Positions 36,493 through 49,043 of a stretch of 64,000 bases of DNA are shown here, piece after piece. A model generated the notes under the pieces. It ran no database searches. It was given only the letters and a program-made list of their open reading frames with translations, and was not told where the DNA came from. Source of the DNA: Acidimicrobiia bacterium (GTDB lineage Bacteria > Actinomycetota > Acidimicrobiia > Acidimicrobiales > Ilumatobacteraceae). Every line of letters begins with the position of its first letter. Positions within the stretch are counted from its first letter, which is position 1. A program made the position numbers and the translations under genes. Location: contig JBJTBM010000117.1 in the NCBI GenBank assembly GCA_046091365.1, positions 11,030-75,029 of the forward strand, in the 5' to 3' direction.

Positions 36493-37217
36493 GCGTCGAC
36501 GACGCGCACTGGTTCGAGGAACTGGCTCGGCACATGGGGGAGACCTACCTCCGCTACTCGTTCACCAAGGGCACCCGTCAGGAATGCGACCACCTCGTGG
36601 GGTCACTCGGGTTGACCACTGGTGCCCGGGTGCTCGATGTCGGGTGCGGTCCGGGCCGACACGCCCGCGAGTTGGCCCGGCGCGGGATGGAGGTGCACGG
36701 GGTCGACATCAGCGACGAGTTCGTGCGTATCGCGGCTACCGAAGCGCCCGCTGGGGCGACCTTCGAACGCTTCGACGCCCGTCGTCTGGTGGAGCGCGAC
36801 GATTTGGCCGGTCGGTTCGATGCGGCGATCTGTCTGTGTCAGGGAGCCTTCGGTCTGAACCTCGACGACCGGGACGACCGCCTGGTCCTCGCCGGCATCG
36901 CCCGTGCCGTCCGTCCGGGCGGCGGGTTGGCGCTGACCGCCTTCAACGCGTATTTCGTGGTCAAACACCACACATCGGCGTCGTTCGATCCCGCCACGGG
37001 GGTGTCGGTCGAAACGACCGACGTGCACGATGCCGCCGGTCAGACTCGCTCGGTCCAGCTGTGGACCGGCTGCTACACCCCTCGTGAACTGCGTCTTTTG
37101 CTGGAATTGCACGGTTTCGCGGTCGAACAGGTGAACTCGGTCGAGCCCGGCGATTACGCGGTACGAACACCCGAGGTCGACCGGCCCGAGTTCCTGGTGC
37201 TCGCGACCCGCCGGTGA
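36471..37217 (+). CDS. class I SAM-dependent methyltransferase
   Basis: VLDVGCGPGRHA motif I. The start is either ATG 36471 or GTG 36489, which overlaps the polA stop as GTGA. Confidence 0.8.
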   Translation: MGSGQGVSVDDAHWFEELARHMGETYLRYSFTKGTRQECDHLVGSLGLTTGARVLDVGCGPGRHARELARRGMEVHGVDISDEFVRIAATEAPAGATFERFDARRLVERDDLAGRFDAAICLCQGAFGLNLDDRDDRLVLAGIARAVRPGGGLALTAFNAYFVVKHHTSASFDPATGVSVETTDVHDAAGQTRSVQLWTGCYTPRELRLLLELHGFAVEQVNSVEPGDYAVRTPEVDRPEFLVLATRR

Positions 37218-37395
37218 ACGGTCGAATGGCCCGACGGGTCCGTGTCGTCGCCGGGCGGTAAACGATCCGTGCGCTGGTAACTTTGCCCAGCCCAGCGCGG
37301 TGCGCCCGGCTCGTCCCCGTCCCTTCAACACATTTCCGAAAGCGATCAGTCCCTTGTCCGACACCTTGACCCCCGCCTCGTCCGAATTCGCTCCC

Positions 37396-38658
37396 ATGGG
37401 AACGGTCGACGCAGACGGCAATTACACCCCCCGCAAGATCACCGAGAACGACCTGTCCGGGACGTTCGCCGACGCCATCGAAGGCACCATGACCAAGCTC
37501 GCCGACGGCGAAGTCGTGCGCGGAACTGTCGTGAAGATCGACAAGGACGAGGTTCTCGTCGACATCGGATACAAGAGCGAGGGTGTGATCCCCGGCCGCG
37601 AGTTGAGCATTCGCAACGACGTCGACCCGGGTGAGATCGTCAAGCTCGGCGAAGAAGTCGAGGCCCTGGTGCTGACCATGGAGGACAAGGAGGGCCGTCT
37701 CATCCTGTCGAAGAAGCGCGCCCAGTACGAGCGCGCCTGGGGCAACATCGAGAAGAAGAAGGAAGCCGACGAGATGGTCGAGGGTCTGGTGATCGAGGTC
37801 GTCAAGGGCGGCCTCATCGTCGACATCGGTCTGCGTGGATTCCTTCCCGCGTCCCTCGTCGAACAGCGTCGCGTCCGCGACCTGCAGCCCTACGTCGGAA
37901 AAGTCCTGCAGGCCAAGATCATCGAACTCGACAAGAACCGCAACAACGTGGTGCTCTCGCGTCGGGCGTACCTCGACGAGACCCAGAAGGAAGTGCGCGA
38001 CGGTTTCCTCACCAACCTGAAGGTGGGCGATGTCCGCGACGGCGTGGTGTCGAGCGTGGTCGCATTCGGGGCGTTCGTCGATCTCGGTGGCATGGACGGT
38101 CTCATACACGTGAGCGAGCTCTCGTGGAATCACGTCGACCACCCGGGCACCGAGGTGAAGATCGGCGACAAGGTCACCGTGAAGGTTCTCGACATCGACT
38201 TCGATCGTGAGCGCATCAGCCTCTCGCGCAAGCAGACGCAGAAGGACCCCTGGGAGGTCTTCGCCTCGGGGCACGAGGTCGGACAGTTGGTTTACGGTCG
38301 GGTCACCAAGTTGGTGCCGTTCGGTGGCTTCGTGCAGGTCGGCGAGGGCATCGAAGGTCTCGTGCACATCAGCGAGATGAGCACGCAGCACGTCGAGTCG
38401 CCCGAGCAGGTCGTGGCGCCCGGTGAGGAATTGTGGGTCAAAATCATCGACCTCGATCTGGCTCGCCGCCGCATCAGCCTGTCGATCAAGCAGGCCGCCG
38501 AGGGTGGAGAACTGGCCGAGGAGTACCGCAAGCACTTCGAGGTCGACGAACACGGCAACTGGACCGCCGGAGCCGACGACGCCTCGCGCGAAGCGACCTG
38601 GGCCGAGTACTACGGCGAGTCGGGAGCTCCCCACGAGCAGGCCCCAGCCGAGTCCTGA
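37396..38658 (+). CDS. rpsA: 30S ribosomal protein S1
   Basis: Four S1 repeats, with high identity to remembered mycobacterial RpsA (ILSKKRAQYERAWG, GLRGFLPASLVE, IIELDKNRNNVVLSRR). Confidence 0.9.
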   Translation: MGTVDADGNYTPRKITENDLSGTFADAIEGTMTKLADGEVVRGTVVKIDKDEVLVDIGYKSEGVIPGRELSIRNDVDPGEIVKLGEEVEALVLTMEDKEGRLILSKKRAQYERAWGNIEKKKEADEMVEGLVIEVVKGGLIVDIGLRGFLPASLVEQRRVRDLQPYVGKVLQAKIIELDKNRNNVVLSRRAYLDETQKEVRDGFLTNLKVGDVRDGVVSSVVAFGAFVDLGGMDGLIHVSELSWNHVDHPGTEVKIGDKVTVKVLDIDFDRERISLSRKQTQKDPWEVFASGHEVGQLVYGRVTKLVPFGGFVQVGEGIEGLVHISEMSTQHVESPEQVVAPGEELWVKIIDLDLARRRISLSIKQAAEGGELAEEYRKHFEVDEHGNWTAGADDASREATWAEYYGESGAPHEQAPAES

Positions 38659-38663
38659 TCGTT

Positions 38664-38681
38664 CGAGCCGGTCACGGCTCG
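38664..38681. terminator. hairpin between the convergent rpsA and LuxR-regulator genes
   Basis: CGAGCCG-gtca-CGGCTCG (7 bp). It overlaps the regulator stop codon. No T tract on either strand. Confidence 0.35.
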
Positions 38682-39295
38682 AGGCGCACGATCCCGAGTC
38701 GCACGGCGCGGATGACCGCTTCCGTGCGGTCACGGGCGTCGAGTTTGGCGTAGATCGACGCCAGATGGTTCTTGACCGTCTTGTGGCTGATGAAAAGTTT
38801 CGCCGCCACTTCCGGCGTCGAGCAGCCTGCGGCCACGGCGTCGAGCACCTCGATCTCGCGCTCGGACAAGTCGTGATCGGGGGCTCTCTCGACGGTCGCC
38901 CGCATCGCCGCGGCCACCGCCGGCGACAGGGTCACATCACCGCCGACGACCCGACGCACCGTGTCGACGACCTCGTCGATCGAACACGACTTGTCGACGT
39001 ATCCCACCGCGCCGGCGTTGATCGCCTCGCGGATGGTCGCGTGGTCGGAGTGCATCGACAGGATGATCACCTGCTGACGCCCGTCGGCGCGCATGATCGA
39101 TCGGGTGGCCGACACCCCGTCGCCGCCCGGCATCGACACGTCCATCAGCACGACATCGGGTCGCAGTTCGAGGGCCATGGCGACCGCCGACGGACCGTCA
39201 CTCGCCTCACCGACCACCTCGACTCCGTGATCTTCGAGGTTTCGTCGCAACGCCTCGCGGAGAACGCGATGGTCGTCGGCCAACACGACTCGCAT
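38672..39295 (-). CDS. NarL/LuxR-family response regulator
   Basis: Receiver domain (VVLADDH...DVSMPGGDG) plus a LuxR HTH (LSEREIEVLDAVAAGCSTPEVAAKLFISHKTVKNHL). Its ATG overlaps the kinase stop (ATGA). Confidence 0.9.
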   Translation of the reverse strand: MRVVLADDHRVLREALRRNLEDHGVEVVGEASDGPSAVAMALELRPDVVLMDVSMPGGDGVSATRSIMRADGRQQVIILSMHSDHATIREAINAGAVGYVDKSCSIDEVVDTVRRVVGGDVTLSPAVAAAMRATVERAPDHDLSEREIEVLDAVAAGCSTPEVAAKLFISHKTVKNHLASIYAKLDARDRTEAVIRAVRLGIVRLEP

Positions 39296-40521
39296 CAGGC
39301 CACGCTCGTGTCGACCGATACGGTCACCGTCGTGCCCGCGCTGGATGAGTCGATGCGCAGGTCCGCCCCGATCCACTCGGCGCGTTCGCGCATGCCTCGT
39401 AGTCCGTGACCTTCGACCGCACCTCCGAGACCGCATCCGTCGTCGGACACACTGGCCACGAGAAGATCACCGGATCGCGAGACCCGTACCGTCAGGTGTC
39501 GGGCGCCCGAGTGACGCTCGGCGTTGAACATCGCCTCGCCGAGAATCAGCAACAACTCCGATCCGACGGCATCAACCAACGGCTCGAACCGTCCGTCGAC
39601 GTCGATCGCGATGTTCGAACGTGTACGGACCCGGGCCGCGAGATCGTCGAGCGCCGCGCGGGACAGTCCCGACCCGTCGTGTCCGGTTCGCAGGTCGTCC
39701 AAAATGCCGCGCAGTTCGCCGATCGTCATATTCAGGCTCTCGCGCAAACGGCTCGCCCGGTCGGCCGCATCACCGTCGAGCGCACGAGCGAGGCCGTCGA
39801 CCTCGTAGCCCAACGCCGCGAGGGAACCCGCCACGCGATCGTGGAGTTCGCGCGCCATGCGGGCCCGCTCGTCGTCGGCGGCGCGGTCGGCGAGTCGCGC
39901 GAAGATGCGTGCGTTGTCGAGGGCGATCGCCAGAGCGTCGGCGATACCGACGAGGGCCTCGGTCTGGGCCGCGTCCGGCCGATTCCCGGGTAACCACTCG
40001 GCGGCCAGGATGCCTACGGTGTCTCCGCGCGATGTGAGGGCGCGGTAGACGCCGTGGTCGGCGGCCTCCCATATCTGGCCTCCGTCGATCGCGATCGCCC
40101 GCTTGGATTCCAGGCAGGCGAGCACCCGGGTGTCGATGGCCGGGGCGACCCGGTCGTTCGGACCGCTCGCGGTTCGCCACCCGCCGGACTCGTCGACCAG
40201 GAGAACCATCACGGCATCGGCGGTCACCAACTGGCGAGCCCGGTCGACTCCGCGCCGTATCACCTCCTCCTCGTCGAGGCTCGACGAGATGGTGACGGCG
40301 AGTCGTTGCAGGGACAGCAGGAGATCGTTGGCTCGAGCGAGGTCGTCGAGTCGTCGATCCGGGACCGGTGACACGGGGTCGCGCCGATCAGGACCATCGG
40401 AGTCGCGCGGTCCGCGACGGCGCTCGACGAGGGGCCACGACATCTCCCCGGTCTCGTCCTGGCTCGGAATTGGACGCAACGACGGGTGATTTGGGGATCG
40501 GCGACGGCGACGCTCGGTCAC
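39295..40521 (-). CDS. soluble GAF-domain histidine kinase (HisKA_3 type)
   Basis: No TM spans. A GAF-like N-terminal half is present, with the H-box ARELHDRVAGSL and an HATPase domain (DDGCGL...GHGLRGMRERA). TACCCT lies 6 nt upstream of GTG 40521. Confidence 0.85.
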   Translation of the reverse strand: MTERRRRRSPNHPSLRPIPSQDETGEMSWPLVERRRGPRDSDGPDRRDPVSPVPDRRLDDLARANDLLLSLQRLAVTISSSLDEEEVIRRGVDRARQLVTADAVMVLLVDESGGWRTASGPNDRVAPAIDTRVLACLESKRAIAIDGGQIWEAADHGVYRALTSRGDTVGILAAEWLPGNRPDAAQTEALVGIADALAIALDNARIFARLADRAADDERARMARELHDRVAGSLAALGYEVDGLARALDGDAADRASRLRESLNMTIGELRGILDDLRTGHDGSGLSRAALDDLAARVRTRSNIAIDVDGRFEPLVDAVGSELLLILGEAMFNAERHSGARHLTVRVSRSGDLLVASVSDDGCGLGGAVEGHGLRGMRERAEWIGADLRIDSSSAGTTVTVSVDTSVA

Positions 40522-40527
40522 GGGGGC

Positions 40528-40533
40528 AGGGTA
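40528..40533 (-). promoter_or_regulatory. -10 element TACCCT for the leaderless kinase/regulator operon
   Basis: On the minus strand: TACCCT, a 6-nt spacer, then GTG at 40521. It lies within a 41-bp divergent intergenic region shared with coaE. Confidence 0.4.
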
Positions 40534-40550
40534 CCCAACGATCCCTCGCC

Positions 40551-40556
40551 TAGCGT
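40551..40556 (+). promoter_or_regulatory. -10 element TAGCGT for leaderless coaE
   Basis: TAGCGT, a 6-nt spacer, then ATG at 40563. Confidence 0.45.
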
Positions 40557-40562
40557 GTCGGC

Positions 40563-41201
40563 ATGATTCTCGTGGGTCTCACCGGCGGCATCGGTTCGGG
40601 GAAGTCGACCGTGTCGGAGTTGCTCGCGGAGAGGGGCGCGGTGATCATCGATGCCGACGCGATCACCCGCGAGGTGCAACTACCGGGTTCACCGGTGGTG
40701 GCCGAGTTGGCGGAACGATTCGGCCCCGAGGTGTTGGCCCCCGACGGCTCGCTCCTGCGTCAGGCGCTGGCGAACGTCGTCTTCGCCGATCCCGAGGCGT
40801 TGAAGGCCCTGAACTCCATCGTCCATCCGGCGGTGGGTCGCGAGATGAATCGTCGGATGCTCGAACAACGTGCGACATCCAACGTGGTGGTGCTCGACAT
40901 CCCGTTGCTGACCGAGAATCCGCGCGAAGGCCTCCAAGGTCGCATCGTGGTCGACGTGCCGGTCGAGACCCAGGTGGCCCGACTGGTGGCGCACCGCGGG
41001 TTCGACGAAGCCGATGCCCGTGCTCGTATCTCCCGTCAGGCGACGCGTGAGGCGCGGCTGGAACACGCCGACTTCGTCGTCGACAACAGCGGAACGCCGA
41101 CCGACCTGGCACCTCAGATCGACCGTCTCTGGTCGTGGTTGTGTTCGCTACCCCAACTTCCCGTCGACTACGAGCCTGTGGCGCCGACACCCAAGACCTG
41201 A
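40563..41201 (+). CDS. coaE: dephospho-CoA kinase
   Basis: ILVGLTGGIGSGKST P-loop, and IIDADAI. Confidence 0.9.
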   Translation: MILVGLTGGIGSGKSTVSELLAERGAVIIDADAITREVQLPGSPVVAELAERFGPEVLAPDGSLLRQALANVVFADPEALKALNSIVHPAVGREMNRRMLEQRATSNVVVLDIPLLTENPREGLQGRIVVDVPVETQVARLVAHRGFDEADARARISRQATREARLEHADFVVDNSGTPTDLAPQIDRLWSWLCSLPQLPVDYEPVAPTPKT

Positions 41202-41204
41202 TTC

Positions 41205-41220
41205 GAGAACAGGTGTTCGC
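41205..41220. promoter_or_regulatory. candidate LexA (SOS) box GAAC-N4-GTTC
   Basis: GAGAACAGGTGTTCGC. The core GAAC-N4-GTTC palindrome lies 20 nt upstream of the uvrB -10 hexamer. Confidence 0.45.
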
Positions 41221-41239
41221 CCGACTCACCGTTTCGAAC

Positions 41240-41245
41240 TAGGAT
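41240..41245 (+). promoter_or_regulatory. -10 element TAGGAT for leaderless uvrB
   Basis: TAGGAT, a 6-nt spacer, then GTG at 41252. Confidence 0.45.
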
Positions 41246-41251
41246 GACGGG

Positions 41252-43303
<2,052 letters not shown>

Positions 43304-43325
43304 GGACGGCCGAGGCGAATCTCAC

Positions 43326-43331
43326 TAGTCT
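43326..43331 (+). promoter_or_regulatory. -10 element TAGTCT for leaderless uvrA
   Basis: TAGTCT, a 6-nt spacer, then ATG at 43338. Confidence 0.45.
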
Positions 43332-43337
43332 CCGAAC

Positions 43338-46181
43338 ATGTCCGACCGCCTGATCATCCGAGGTGCCCGCGAGCACAACCTCAAGAACATCAGCGTCGAT
43401 CTACCGCGTGACAAGATGATCGTCTTCACCGGACTGTCGGGCAGCGGGAAGTCCTCGCTCGCATTCGACACGATCTACGCCGAGGGTCAACGGCGATATG
43501 TCGAGTCCCTGAGCGCCTACGCGCGGCAGTTCCTGGGTCAGATGGACAAGCCCGACGTCGACGTCATCGAGGGACTCTCGCCGGCCATCTCCATCGACCA
43601 GAAGTCGGGGAGCCGAAACCCGCGCTCCACGGTCGGAACGATCACCGAGGTGTACGACTACCTGCGTCTGCTCTACGCCCGCATCGGGGTTCAGCACTGT
43701 CCGAACGACGGCACCCGTCTGGCTCGTCAGACGCCGCAGCAGATCGTCGACCGCGTGCTGACCCTTCCCGACGGTACGCGGTTCCAGGTCTTGGCCCCGG
43801 TGGTCCGGTCGCGCAAAGGCGAGTACGAGACCCTTCTGAACGACCTGGCCGGACAGGGGTTCGTGCGCGCCCGCGTCGACGGCGAGGTGGTCGACATCGT
43901 GGAGTTCCTGAAGCGCGACGCCAAGTTGGCCCGCTACGAACAGCACACGATCGACGTGGTCGTCGACCGTCTGGTGCGAAAGGACGGCATCGAGCGACGT
44001 CTCACCGACAGCCTCGAGACCGCCCTGCGTCTGGCCGACGGGGTGGCGACCGTCGAGATCGTCGCCGACAAGGGTGACGACGAGGCGCTGACCTTCAGTC
44101 AGCATCTGGCCTGCCCGTCGTGCGGGTTGTCCTTCGACGAACCCGCACCGCGAAACTTCTCCTTCAACTCGCCGTTCGGTGCGTGCGAGACCTGCGACGG
44201 TCTCGGAACGACGTTCGAGGTCGACCCGGAGTTGGTGATCCCCGATCCCGACCTGGCCCTCAGTCAAGGGGCGATCGCTCCATGGCGCAGTGCCACGACC
44301 GGGTTCTTTCAGCGGATTCTCGAGTCCGTGGCGAACGATCACGGGATCGACATGAACAAGCCGTGGGGCAAGCTCCCGGCCAAGGCCCAAAAGCTCGTGT
44401 TGAACGGCTTGCCCGGCAACATCACCGTCAAATTCAAGAATCGCTACGGGCGGGCCCGTCAGTTCAACACCACGTTCGAAGGGGTCATCCCCTGGATCAA
44501 ACGTCGTCACGAATCGGCCGAGAGCGACTGGAGTCGGGAGCAGTACGAGGGGTACATGCGACTCGTGCCGTGTGGCGTGTGCAATGGTATGCGCCTGAAG
44601 CCGAGCACGTTGGCGGTGACGGTGAACGATCGAAACATCTCGGAGGTCTGTGAGATGTCGATCGCCGACTCGGCCCGTTTCCTGGCCGGGCTGACGTTGT
44701 CGGATCGTGACCGCATCATCGCCGAACGGGTGGTCAAGGAGATCAACGCCCGGCTCGGATTCCTCCTCGACGTCGGACTCGACTATCTGACCCTGGCCCG
44801 CTCGGCGGGCACGCTCGCCGGGGGAGAGGCCCAGCGCATACGATTGGCGAGTCAGATCGGTTCGGGTCTCGTGGGCACGTTGTACGTGCTCGACGAGCCG
44901 TCGATCGGTTTGCACCAGCGCGACAACCGTCGGCTGATCGACACCCTTTTGCGGTTGCGCGACCTGGGCAACACGGTGTTGGTCGTCGAACACGACGAAG
45001 AGACGATCAAGGAGAGCGACTGGATCGTCGACATCGGGCCGGGGGCGGGCGAGCACGGCGGACAGGTCGTCTACAGCGGCCCGGTGAAGGGCATCGCCAA
45101 GGTGAAGGACTCAGTCACCGGTCAGTACCTCTCGGGAAAGAAGTCGATTCCCGTCCCGAGCAAGCGTCGGGCACCGGGCAAGGAGTGGCTCGAAATCGTC
45201 GGTGCGCGCGAGCACAATCTGCGCGACATCGACGTGAAGGTCCCCCTCGGTTGTTTCGTGGCCGTGACCGGGGTGTCGGGCAGCGGAAAGAGCACTCTCG
45301 TGAGGGACATCCTCCTGCCGGTGCTCATGCAACAGATCTACAAGTCGAAAGATCCGGCCGGTCGGCACAAGCGCATCAACGGCGTGGGACTCCTCGACAA
45401 GGTGATCGACATGGACCAGTCTCCGATCGGTCGCACGCCTCGTTCGAATCCGGCCACCTACACCGGGGTTTTCGACGGTATTCGTAAGTTGTTCGCGACG
45501 ACCGCCGAGGCCAAGGTTCGTGGGTACATGCCGGGTCGATTTTCTTTCAATGTTCAAGGGGGTCGCTGCGAGGCCTGTTCGGGTGATGGCACGATCAAGA
45601 TCGAGATGCACTTCCTTCCCGACGTCTACGTTCCCTGCGAGGTGTGCAAGGGGGCCCGTTACAACCGTGACACCCTCGAGATCCAGTTCAAGGGGAAGAA
45701 CATCTCCGAGGTCCTCGACATGTCGATCTCCGAGGCGGTCGACTTCTTTGCGAACCAACCGGCCATCGCCCGTCACATGCAGACGTTGGTCGACGTCGGA
45801 CTCGGATACGTCCGACTCGGACAGCCGGCTCCGACGCTGTCGGGTGGCGAGGCCCAACGGGTGAAGCTGGCCTCGGAACTGGCCAAGCGCAGCACCGGTC
45901 ACACGATCTACCTGCTCGACGAGCCGACCACCGGTTTGCACTTCGAGGACGTGCGGCGCCTGCTGACCGTGCTGTCGCGACTCGTCGATCAGGGGAACAC
46001 GGTTCTGGTGATCGAGCACAATCTCGACGTGATCAAGACGGCCGACTGGTTGATCGACCTCGGACCCGAGGGCGGCAGCGGGGGTGGTCTCGTGATCGCC
46101 GAGGGCGCACCCGAGGTGGTCGCCACGTGCGCGCAGAGCCACACCGGACGATTCCTCGCACCGCTGCTGACCGGGGACTGA
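43338..46181 (+). CDS. uvrA: excinuclease ABC subunit A
   Basis: 947 aa with two ABC modules ([18 protein letters not shown] and LSGGE twice) and Zn-finger Cys pairs. Confidence 0.95.
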   Translation: MSDRLIIRGAREHNLKNISVDLPRDKMIVFTGLSGSGKSSLAFDTIYAEGQRRYVESLSAYARQFLGQMDKPDVDVIEGLSPAISIDQKSGSRNPRSTVGTITEVYDYLRLLYARIGVQHCPNDGTRLARQTPQQIVDRVLTLPDGTRFQVLAPVVRSRKGEYETLLNDLAGQGFVRARVDGEVVDIVEFLKRDAKLARYEQHTIDVVVDRLVRKDGIERRLTDSLETALRLADGVATVEIVADKGDDEALTFSQHLACPSCGLSFDEPAPRNFSFNSPFGACETCDGLGTTFEVDPELVIPDPDLALSQGAIAPWRSATTGFFQRILESVANDHGIDMNKPWGKLPAKAQKLVLNGLPGNITVKFKNRYGRARQFNTTFEGVIPWIKRRHESAESDWSREQYEGYMRLVPCGVCNGMRLKPSTLAVTVNDRNISEVCEMSIADSARFLAGLTLSDRDRIIAERVVKEINARLGFLLDVGLDYLTLARSAGTLAGGEAQRIRLASQIGSGLVGTLYVLDEPSIGLHQRDNRRLIDTLLRLRDLGNTVLVVEHDEETIKESDWIVDIGPGAGEHGGQVVYSGPVKGIAKVKDSVTGQYLSGKKSIPVPSKRRAPGKEWLEIVGAREHNLRDIDVKVPLGCFVAVTGVSGSGKSTLVRDILLPVLMQQIYKSKDPAGRHKRINGVGLLDKVIDMDQSPIGRTPRSNPATYTGVFDGIRKLFATTAEAKVRGYMPGRFSFNVQGGRCEACSGDGTIKIEMHFLPDVYVPCEVCKGARYNRDTLEIQFKGKNISEVLDMSISEAVDFFANQPAIARHMQTLVDVGLGYVRLGQPAPTLSGGEAQRVKLASELAKRSTGHTIYLLDEPTTGLHFEDVRRLLTVLSRLVDQGNTVLVIEHNLDVIKTADWLIDLGPEGGSGGGLVIAEGAPEVVATCAQSHTGRFLAPLLTGD

Positions 46182-46182
46182 C

Positions 46183-48060
46183 ATGGTGTCGCGGCCCGAG
46201 CCCGGATCCATCCCCGAAAGCCCGGGCTCCTACCAGTTCAAGGACGATCTCGGTCGGGTGATCTACGTCGGCAAAGCCACCAATCTTCGTTCACGGGTGT
46301 CGAGCTATTTCCAGGATCCGGTGCACCTGCATCCGCGCACGGCGCAGATGGTCCAGACGGCCACCAGTGTGGAGTGGGTGACGGTGCGCAACGAGGTGGA
46401 GGCGTTGATCCTGGAGTACTCGCTGATCAAGGCACATCATCCGCGATTCAACGTTCGACTTCGCGACGACAAGAGCTATCCGTTCCTCGCTCTCACGCTC
46501 GACGAGGTATGGCCGAGGGCGGTGGTGGTGCGGGGTTCCAAGAAGAGGGGTGTGCGCTACTTCGGGCCCTATCCCCACGCCTACGCGATTCGAGAGACGC
46601 TCGACCTCTTGTTGCGCACGTTTCCTGTGCGTACCTGCAGTGCGGGAAAGTTCAACCAGCATCAGCGCCTCGGTCGACCGTGCCTGCTCTTCCACATCGA
46701 GAAGTGCAGTGGTCCGTGCGTCGGCGAGGTCGACGGTGCCCGATACCGCTCGATGGTCGACGAGTTGTGCGCGTTCCTCGACGGCGAGACCGACGAAGTG
46801 GTGTCGCGCATGGAGAAGGAGATGGCCGACGCGGCCGGTGCACTCGAGTACGAAAAGGCGGCACGGTTGCGCGACCGCCTCGCGGCGGTGGCCAAGGCCG
46901 TCGAGCGCCAACAGATCGTGGGCGAGCGCTCCGAGGACATGGACGTCGTCGGGATCGCCGACGACGAACTGGAGGCTGCGGTGCAGGTCTTCTTCGTCCG
47001 CAAGGGACGCATCGTCGGTCGTAAGGGATTCATCCTCGACAAGGTGGAGAATCTTTCCGATGCCGAACTCGTCACCCGGGTCGTCGAGAGTCTGTACGGC
47101 GACGAGCCTCCGCTCGGCATCCCGAAGATGGTGGTGGTGCCCCACGAGCCAGTAGCCGCTGCCGTGCTCGAGGAGTGGCTCGGCGGTCAGCGCGGCACGC
47201 GGGTCGAGGTTCGCGTCCCGGCGCGGGGCGACAAGCGGGAGTTGCTCGAAATGGTCGCCCGCAACGCCAAGGAGGACTTCCACCGTCACCGGTTGCGGCG
47301 ATCGAGTGACCACAACAGTCGCAGTCGCGCTTTGAGTGAACTGCAGGATCTCCTGGGTCTTCCCGAGGCGCCGTTACGTATCGAGTGCTACGACATGGCC
47401 CACCTCCAAGGAACCGACTACGTCGGGTCGATGGTCGTGCTCGAGGACGGCTTGCCGGCCAAACGCGAGTACCGCCGATTCCGTATCAAGGAGGTACCCG
47501 GCAACGACGACTTCGCGGCGATGGAGGAGGTCTTGCGTCGTCGTCTCACTGCCTACGTCGACGAGCGCGACCGAACGCTCGAGGGTGAGGACCTGCCGAG
47601 CAAGGCCCGCAAGTTCGCCTACCCGCCGCAGTTGTTGCTCGTCGACGGGGGGAAGGGCCAGTTGGCGGTGGCCGAGCGGGTGGTCCGGGAACTGGGCCTG
47701 GAGAGCGAGATTCCCGTGGCCTCGTTGGCCAAGCGTTTCGAAGAGGTGTACGTGCCCGGTCGGTCGGAACCCGTCGATGTGCCCCGTGGCAGCGAAGCAC
47801 TCTTCATGTTGCAACGGATCCGCGACGAGGCCCACCGTTTCGCCAACACCTTCCACCGCGAAGTGCGGGCCAAACGCATGGTCGGAAGTGCCCTCGACGG
47901 CATCGAGGGACTCGGCGACGCACGTCGCAAGAAGTTGTTGCGAACGCTCGGGGGAGTGACGGCCGTGAAGCGGGCCACCTTGGAAGAGCTCATAGCGCTC
48001 TCGTGGCTGCCCGAGTCGGTGGCCCGCGCTGTGCACGCGCGATTCCATCCCGAAGGTTGA
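46183..48060 (+). CDS. uvrC: excinuclease ABC subunit C
   Basis: 625 aa with a GIY-YIG N-terminus (GSYQFKD...VIYVGKA), a UVR domain (YEKAARLRD) and Endo V/HhH domains. It starts 1 nt after the uvrA stop. Confidence 0.95.
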   Translation: MVSRPEPGSIPESPGSYQFKDDLGRVIYVGKATNLRSRVSSYFQDPVHLHPRTAQMVQTATSVEWVTVRNEVEALILEYSLIKAHHPRFNVRLRDDKSYPFLALTLDEVWPRAVVVRGSKKRGVRYFGPYPHAYAIRETLDLLLRTFPVRTCSAGKFNQHQRLGRPCLLFHIEKCSGPCVGEVDGARYRSMVDELCAFLDGETDEVVSRMEKEMADAAGALEYEKAARLRDRLAAVAKAVERQQIVGERSEDMDVVGIADDELEAAVQVFFVRKGRIVGRKGFILDKVENLSDAELVTRVVESLYGDEPPLGIPKMVVVPHEPVAAAVLEEWLGGQRGTRVEVRVPARGDKRELLEMVARNAKEDFHRHRLRRSSDHNSRSRALSELQDLLGLPEAPLRIECYDMAHLQGTDYVGSMVVLEDGLPAKREYRRFRIKEVPGNDDFAAMEEVLRRRLTAYVDERDRTLEGEDLPSKARKFAYPPQLLLVDGGKGQLAVAERVVRELGLESEIPVASLAKRFEEVYVPGRSEPVDVPRGSEALFMLQRIRDEAHRFANTFHREVRAKRMVGSALDGIEGLGDARRKKLLRTLGGVTAVKRATLEELIALSWLPESVARAVHARFHPEG

Positions 48061-48066
48061 CGGAAC

Positions 48067-48987
48067 TCAGCCGAAAGCCGACGACATCGCTTCGGCGATG
48101 CGGCCGTACGTCTCGAGGCGCGCCGTGGGCGACGTCCCGAGGGTGAAGTCCGGAAAGATCACCTCGTCGAAACCGAGTTCGGCGTACCGACCGACCTCGT
48201 CCACGAATCGCTCGATGGTGCCGATGACGGCCCGATCGGCCGGAGCCGCGGTCCGGATACGTTCGGCCTTTGGCTCGTCCTCGGCGACGAAGAACATCCC
48301 CTGCACGGAGCAGCGAATGTCCGCCGGATCACGTCCGACCCGCTCGCAAGCGGCCCGCAGAACCGCGATGCGCTCGGCGGCCGTTTCGGCGGTGCCCCAC
48401 GTGTTCCATTCGTCGGCGTGTCGCGCGGTGATGGCCGTCATGCGGGGGCCGCCGGTGCCCACGAGGATCGGCAGTGGACGGGCGACGGGTTTGGGGTCGC
48501 ACGGCGCATCGGTGATCGTGAAGTGTTCGCCGACGAAGTTCGTTCGGCGATCGACGAGCAGCGATCGGATCACGGTGAGTGCCTCTTCGAAGCGCTTCAC
48601 CCGAGCGGCCGGTTCGAACATGTCGACTCCGTACGCGCGATGCTCGTTGACTTGCCAACCGGCGCCGATTCCGAGCACGAGCCTCCCGTTGGAGATGCGG
48701 TCGATGGTGGTGGCGGTGTTCGCCAGCACCGCCGGATGACGAAAGGTGGTGGGCGACACCAGTGACCCGATGCGCAAGCGCGACGTCACCGCGGCGAGGG
48801 CGGCGATCACCGACCAACACTCTTCGACCGGACCGTCCTTTGTCGCGCCGTCATCCGTGTTGGGCATGAAGTGGTCGGCGAACCAGATTCCCGTCCACGG
48901 GCCGTTCTCGGCCCAGCGGGCCAGGGAAAGAATCTCGTCCCAATCGCGTTGGGGGGTGGGCCAGACGGAGAAGTCGATCGCGGACAC
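48067..48987 (-). CDS. LLM-class F420-dependent oxidoreductase
   Basis: GIWFADHF, RLRIGSLV and GRLVLGIGAGW. The start at GTG 48987 is supported by TACCCT 6 nt upstream. The ORF-track start is 49014. Confidence 0.85.
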   Translation of the reverse strand: MSAIDFSVWPTPQRDWDEILSLARWAENGPWTGIWFADHFMPNTDDGATKDGPVEECWSVIAALAAVTSRLRIGSLVSPTTFRHPAVLANTATTIDRISNGRLVLGIGAGWQVNEHRAYGVDMFEPAARVKRFEEALTVIRSLLVDRRTNFVGEHFTITDAPCDPKPVARPLPILVGTGGPRMTAITARHADEWNTWGTAETAAERIAVLRAACERVGRDPADIRCSVQGMFFVAEDEPKAERIRTAAPADRAVIGTIERFVDEVGRYAELGFDEVIFPDFTLGTSPTARLETYGRIAEAMSSAFG

Positions 48988-49043
48988 GGGCCAAGGGTAG
49001 ACCGGTGACCCCACTCAGGGGCGGGTGGTCGTAGGCTCCGGCG

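Noticed and set aside
36961-38733. A 590-aa minus-strand ORF.
   Set aside because: It is antisense to rpsA, whose translation matches ribosomal protein S1 almost residue for residue. The antisense product has no motifs.
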